Shown here in pieces: positions 28,751-32,000 of a DNA stretch of 32,000 nucleotides. Made by a program: the position numbers and the translations under genes. Source of the stretch: Phycisphaera mikurensis NBRC 102666 (GTDB lineage: Bacteria; Planctomycetota; Phycisphaerae; Phycisphaerales; Phycisphaeraceae); contig NC_017080.1 in the NCBI RefSeq assembly GCF_000284115.1, positions 2,190,001 through 2,222,000 on the forward strand, given 5' to 3'. Positions within the stretch are counted from its first letter, which is position 1. Each line of letters starts with the position of its first letter. The notes under the pieces were generated by a model that was given only the letters and a program-made list of their open reading frames with translations, was not told the DNA's origin and did no database searches.

Positions 28751-28822
28751 CCTCTCCGCCTCTCCGCCTCTCCGCCTCTTCGTCTCTTCGTCTCTCCGTC
28801 TCTCCGTCTCTCCGTCTCTTCA
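28751..28822. repeat. 8-bp polypyrimidine tandem repeat, 9 units
   Basis: (CCTCTCCG)3-CCTCTTCG-TCTCTTCG-(TCTCTCCG)3-TCTCTTCA in the hpt/FlgI-like divergent intergenic region. Confidence 0.93.
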
Positions 28823-28842
28823 TCCCCCCCTTACCCTCCGGC

Positions 28843-30918
28843 ATGCCCCTCCGCCTCTCCCTGCCCGCCGCCACCGCGGCCGCGGCGCTGTGCTCGCTCG
28901 TCCTTCTGCCCGGCTGCCAGCGGGAGCGGCTGGAGGCGACGGCGGCCGCCCCGCCGGCACCGGTCTTCCAGGGCCCGCGTGAGCTGCGCGGCACGATCGG
29001 CTCGTACGCCCGGCTGCAGGGCGGGGCGCCGCTGCTGGTCTCGGGCTACGGGCTGGTCGTCAACCTCGACCGCACCGGCTCGGGCGTGGTGCCGGAGTTC
29101 CTGCGCGACTGGCTGAGCAACGAGATGAGGAAGCGTGGCGTGGGCAGCCGGCAGCTCGCGGCCCGCAACCCCGAGCTCGCGGCGGTGACGCCGCAGCGGC
29201 TGATGTACTCCGAGCAAACCGCGGTGGTGCGGATCTCGGGCTTCATCCCCGCCGGCGCCACCCCGGGGACGCCTTTCGACCTGCTGCTGGAGGCGCTCCC
29301 GGAGGACACCGACACCACCAGCCTCGCCGGCGGCCAGCTCTGGCGCACGGGGCTGGGGGTGGACGGGGCGAACCGCCGGCTCCGCTTCTCGACGCCGCTC
29401 GCCGCCGGCGCCGGCCCCGTGTACCTCGGGCCCGAGGCCGCGGCGACGCCCGACGCGAGCGGTGGCCGCCGCGCGGTGATCGTCGGCGGCGGCCGGGCGA
29501 CCGAGCCGCGGCGGCTGGAGCTGATCCTCAACCAGAGCTCGTGGGTGAACGCCCGCCGCATCGCCGACACGATCAACGAGCGCTACCGCGCCGGCGCCTC
29601 CAGCCGCCCGGGCTCGGTGCGGCCCACGGCCAACGCGGTGTCCGACTCGGTGATCCAGATCTCGGTGCCGGAGCGCTTCGTCGGCAACGCGGAGGCGCTG
29701 CTCGCGCTCATCGAGAACACCTACCCGTATCCGGTGGATCGGGCGGACAAGGTCGACGAGATGATGGCGCTGCTCGCGCAGCCGGCGCCCCCGGAGGACG
29801 TGCTGCGCCGGGCGCCGCTGGTGTGCCGCGCCCTCGGCCCCAACGCCATCCCCGCGCTGCGGGCGCACTACGCCGCCGGCCCGCTCCGCGTTCGGCAGGC
29901 GGCGCTGGACAGCGGTGCCTGGCTGGGCGACCACGAGGCGGTCGGCCCGCTGGCGTCGCTCGCGGCCTCGGGCGACCCCGCCACGCGGCGGGCCGCGGCC
30001 GCGTCGCTCGCCCTCCTGCCCGACGATCTCCGCGCGACCGAGGCGCTGGCCGGGCTGCTCGACGACGCCGACGACGGCGTCCGCATCGCCGCTTACGAGG
30101 CGGTCGCCGGCGGCAGCGCGCTGGTCGAGCGGACCGCCGTGGAGAATCTCGACGGCGTGAAGTTCCTCATCGACCGGGTACCGGCGGAGCGGCCGCTGGT
30201 GCTGGCGATCCCGCGGGGCGTCCCGCGGCTGGTGATCTTCGGGCCGCAGACCGGCTTCACGCCTCCGGTGTTCGACGCGGACCCCGCCGGGGCCCTGCTC
30301 ATCCGGACGCCGACCTCTTTCGCGCAGGCGATGTCGGGGCTGCGCGACGGCGACACCGCCTTCCTGCCCGCCGTGGGCCGGACGCAGGTGCGCGACGGCG
30401 CGGAGGGCCCCGTGGCCGAGGCGCTCGACGCGGAAGGCGCCATCCTCAGCGTCGAGCTGGGCGGGGCCGCCGAGGCGTTCGCGTCTGCGCTCCCGCTGGG
30501 CGGGAGCGCGGGCGGCGTGCCGGCGACGCTGCGCTGCCGGGTGGAGGATGCGGGGCGCGGCACCGTGTCGCTGCTGGGCCTCGAGCCGGGGCTGGGCAGC
30601 ATGCCGCTGTCGATCTTCTACCGCGGCCCCGGGGGCGAGGGCGCGACCACCGAGCGGGTCGCGCCGACGGTCGCGGCGTTGGCCTTCTTCCTCGCCCACC
30701 GGCCCACGATGGGCACGCCGCAGGAGGGGCTGGACCTCTCCTACGGCCGCACCGTCTCGGTGCTCGAGCGCCTCGCGCGCGGCGGTTCGATGCCCAGCCC
30801 CATGAGGCTCCTCGACAACCCGCTCGCGGCCCGGGTGGCCGAGGCCGAGGCGGCCGAAGAGGCGAGCCGGGCCGGTCGCCAGCTCAGCGGCGCGACGCTG
30901 CCCGCTGATGGTTCCTAG
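28843..30918 (+). CDS. FlgI-like (P-ring) domain lipoprotein with HEAT-like repeats
   Basis: Lipobox LLPGC; GTIGSYARLQGG..LLVSGYGLVVNLDRTGSG, LELILNQSSWVNARRIADTINERY, VIQISVPERFVGNAEALLALIENTYPYPVD; HEAT-like repeats GPLRVRQAALDSGAWLGDHEAVGPLASLAASGDPATRRAAAASLALL and ALAGLLDDADDGVRIAAYEAVA. Confidence 0.75.
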   Translation: MPLRLSLPAATAAAALCSLVLLPGCQRERLEATAAAPPAPVFQGPRELRGTIGSYARLQGGAPLLVSGYGLVVNLDRTGSGVVPEFLRDWLSNEMRKRGVGSRQLAARNPELAAVTPQRLMYSEQTAVVRISGFIPAGATPGTPFDLLLEALPEDTDTTSLAGGQLWRTGLGVDGANRRLRFSTPLAAGAGPVYLGPEAAATPDASGGRRAVIVGGGRATEPRRLELILNQSSWVNARRIADTINERYRAGASSRPGSVRPTANAVSDSVIQISVPERFVGNAEALLALIENTYPYPVDRADKVDEMMALLAQPAPPEDVLRRAPLVCRALGPNAIPALRAHYAAGPLRVRQAALDSGAWLGDHEAVGPLASLAASGDPATRRAAAASLALLPDDLRATEALAGLLDDADDGVRIAAYEAVAGGSALVERTAVENLDGVKFLIDRVPAERPLVLAIPRGVPRLVIFGPQTGFTPPVFDADPAGALLIRTPTSFAQAMSGLRDGDTAFLPAVGRTQVRDGAEGPVAEALDAEGAILSVELGGAAEAFASALPLGGSAGGVPATLRCRVEDAGRGTVSLLGLEPGLGSMPLSIFYRGPGGEGATTERVAPTVAALAFFLAHRPTMGTPQEGLDLSYGRTVSVLERLARGGSMPSPMRLLDNPLAARVAEAEAAEEASRAGRQLSGATLPADGS

Positions 30919-30950
30919 CGCGTCGCGCCCGATCACCGGGCCACCGCCCG

Positions 30951-30996
30951 CCGCGGACCGCGGGCCCGCGGACGCCAGAACGCCCGCGGTCCGCGG
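30951..30996. repeat. 46-bp palindromic intergenic element, copy D
   Basis: CCGCGGACCGCGGGCCCGCGGACGCCAGAACGCCCGCGGTCCGCGG; perfect 14-bp inverted arms, 18-nt centre, between convergent genes. Confidence 0.9.
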
Positions 30997-31055
30997 GTCG
31001 GCGGTGCCGCCTCGCCGCGGCGCCGCCTCGCCGCGTCCGGCGGCGCCCGCGGGCG

Positions 31056-32000
31056 TCAGCGCATGCGGTACGCGATCCGGAGGCGTCCGACCGATTCGAT
31101 CAGGCGGCGGAGGTCGGCCGCGGCGACGCGGCCCGAGGAGAAGTCCGCCGACGCCTCCGCGAAGGGGTCGCCGGTGCGAGCCCCCAGCAGGCCGAGCAGG
31201 CCGCCGCCGCCGCGCTCGAGGATCGTGACACGGGCCTCCTCGGCGTCGGCGACGCCCAGCGTGGTCGACACCGACGCGATCGCGTCCTCCAGGTACCCCA
31301 CCTCGTCGACGAGCCCGTTCTCCACCGCCGCCGCCGAGGTGAAGACCGAGCCGTCCGCCACGCCGCCGACGCTGTCCTCGTCGAGCGCCGGCCGCCCCGC
31401 CACGACCACCGAGGCGAAGCGCTCGTACGCGTCGTCGATGAGCGTCGCGACGACCGCCCGGTCGGCCTCGGTCCAGTCGCGGTACAGGTTGTTGGCGTTG
31501 TCCTTGCGGGGGCTGCCGTCGGCGACCAGCGTGACCCAGTCGACGCCGAGCTTGTCCATGGCGCCCGCGAGCGTCGGCACCTGGGCGATCACGCCGATGG
31601 AGCCGGTGAAGCCGGTGGGCTCGATGAAGATGCGGTCGGTGCCGGCCGCCACGTAGTAGCCGCCGGAGGCCGCGACGCCGCCGAAGCTGGCGACGACGGG
31701 CAGGTCGGGGTGGCGCTCCTGGAAGCGCTCGAGCTCGTGCCAGATCCGGTCCGACGCGGTCACGCCGCCGCCGCCGGACTCCACCCGCAGGATCAGCGCG
31801 TCGGGGAGGCGGCCGGGCTTCTCGAGGCTGCGCAGCGCCTCGCCGCAGAACCAGGCCATCTCCTCGTCGATGACGCCGACCACCGGCAGCACGGCGACGT
31901 GCTTGGGGTCGATGCCGACCCCCTCCCGCAGCACCGTCTCCGCCGGGCCGGCGGTCATCGCGTAGACCAGCGCTCCCAGGTACAGGTTCAGGAGCAGCGA
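31056..32000 (-). CDS. sppA: Signal peptide peptidase SppA-type serine protease, 5' end outside window
   Basis: VAVLPVVGVIDEE, LRVESGGGGVTASDRIWHELERF, VVASFGGVAASGGYYVAAGTDRIF, TGSIGVIAQVPTL. The frame stays open past 31958 to the window edge with a hydrophobic SLLLNLYLGALVYA segment. Confidence 0.88.
   Translation of the reverse strand, partial: SLLLNLYLGALVYAMTAGPAETVLREGVGIDPKHVAVLPVVGVIDEEMAWFCGEALRSLEKPGRLPDALILRVESGGGGVTASDRIWHELERFQERHPDLPVVASFGGVAASGGYYVAAGTDRIFIEPTGFTGSIGVIAQVPTLAGAMDKLGVDWVTLVADGSPRKDNANNLYRDWTEADRAVVATLIDDAYERFASVVVAGRPALDEDSVGGVADGSVFTSAAAVENGLVDEVGYLEDAIASVSTTLGVADAEEARVTILERGGGGLLGLLGARTGDPFAEASADFSSGRVAAADLRRLIESVGRLRIAYRMR

Noticed and set aside
28831-30936. 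701-aa minus-strand ORF opposite the FlgI-like gene
   Set aside because: Its length is striking, but the composition is GC-shadow-like and the plus strand has a lipoprotein signal and domain motifs.
31006-31035. Direct repeat GCCGCCTCGCCGCG (two copies, period 16)
   Set aside because: Short, low-complexity GC-rich repeat; not distinguishable from compositional bias.

Overview
High-GC (~72-75%) bacterial chromosomal window, densely packed with genes. Codon usage and gene content suggest a planctomycete/Phycisphaerae-like organism (inference). I support 23 CDS: otsB 3' end; a GT2 / acyl-CoA dehydrogenase / PIG-L deacetylase-methyltransferase cluster; korA without an adjacent korB; a zinc-ribbon protein; a photolyase split into two overlapping ORFs in swapped domain order; two YceI-domain proteins; acnA; a secreted hypothetical protein; miaA; a five-gene minus-strand sugar/polysaccharide operon with WbpE/WbpB/WbpD-like members; trxA with a WCMPC active site; a GGDEF sensor protein; a WecB/WbpI-like epimerase; an M3 peptidase; a metallophosphoesterase / PH-domain / hpt operon; a FlgI-like lipoprotein carrying HEAT-like repeats; and a partial sppA. 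No CRISPR array, transposase, prophage, rRNA or tRNA was recognised. The main non-coding signal is a family of four palindromic elements, each exactly 46 bp and each in an intergenic gap (4035, 9846, 24595, 30951). There is also a 27-bp tandem array with a nearby inverted partial copy (6899-7057) and an 8-bp polypyrimidine tandem array in a divergent promoter region (28751-28822). The best candidates for a little-described system are the split, permuted photolyase, the GT2/ACAD/PIG-L-methyltransferase cluster, and the 46-bp palindrome family.
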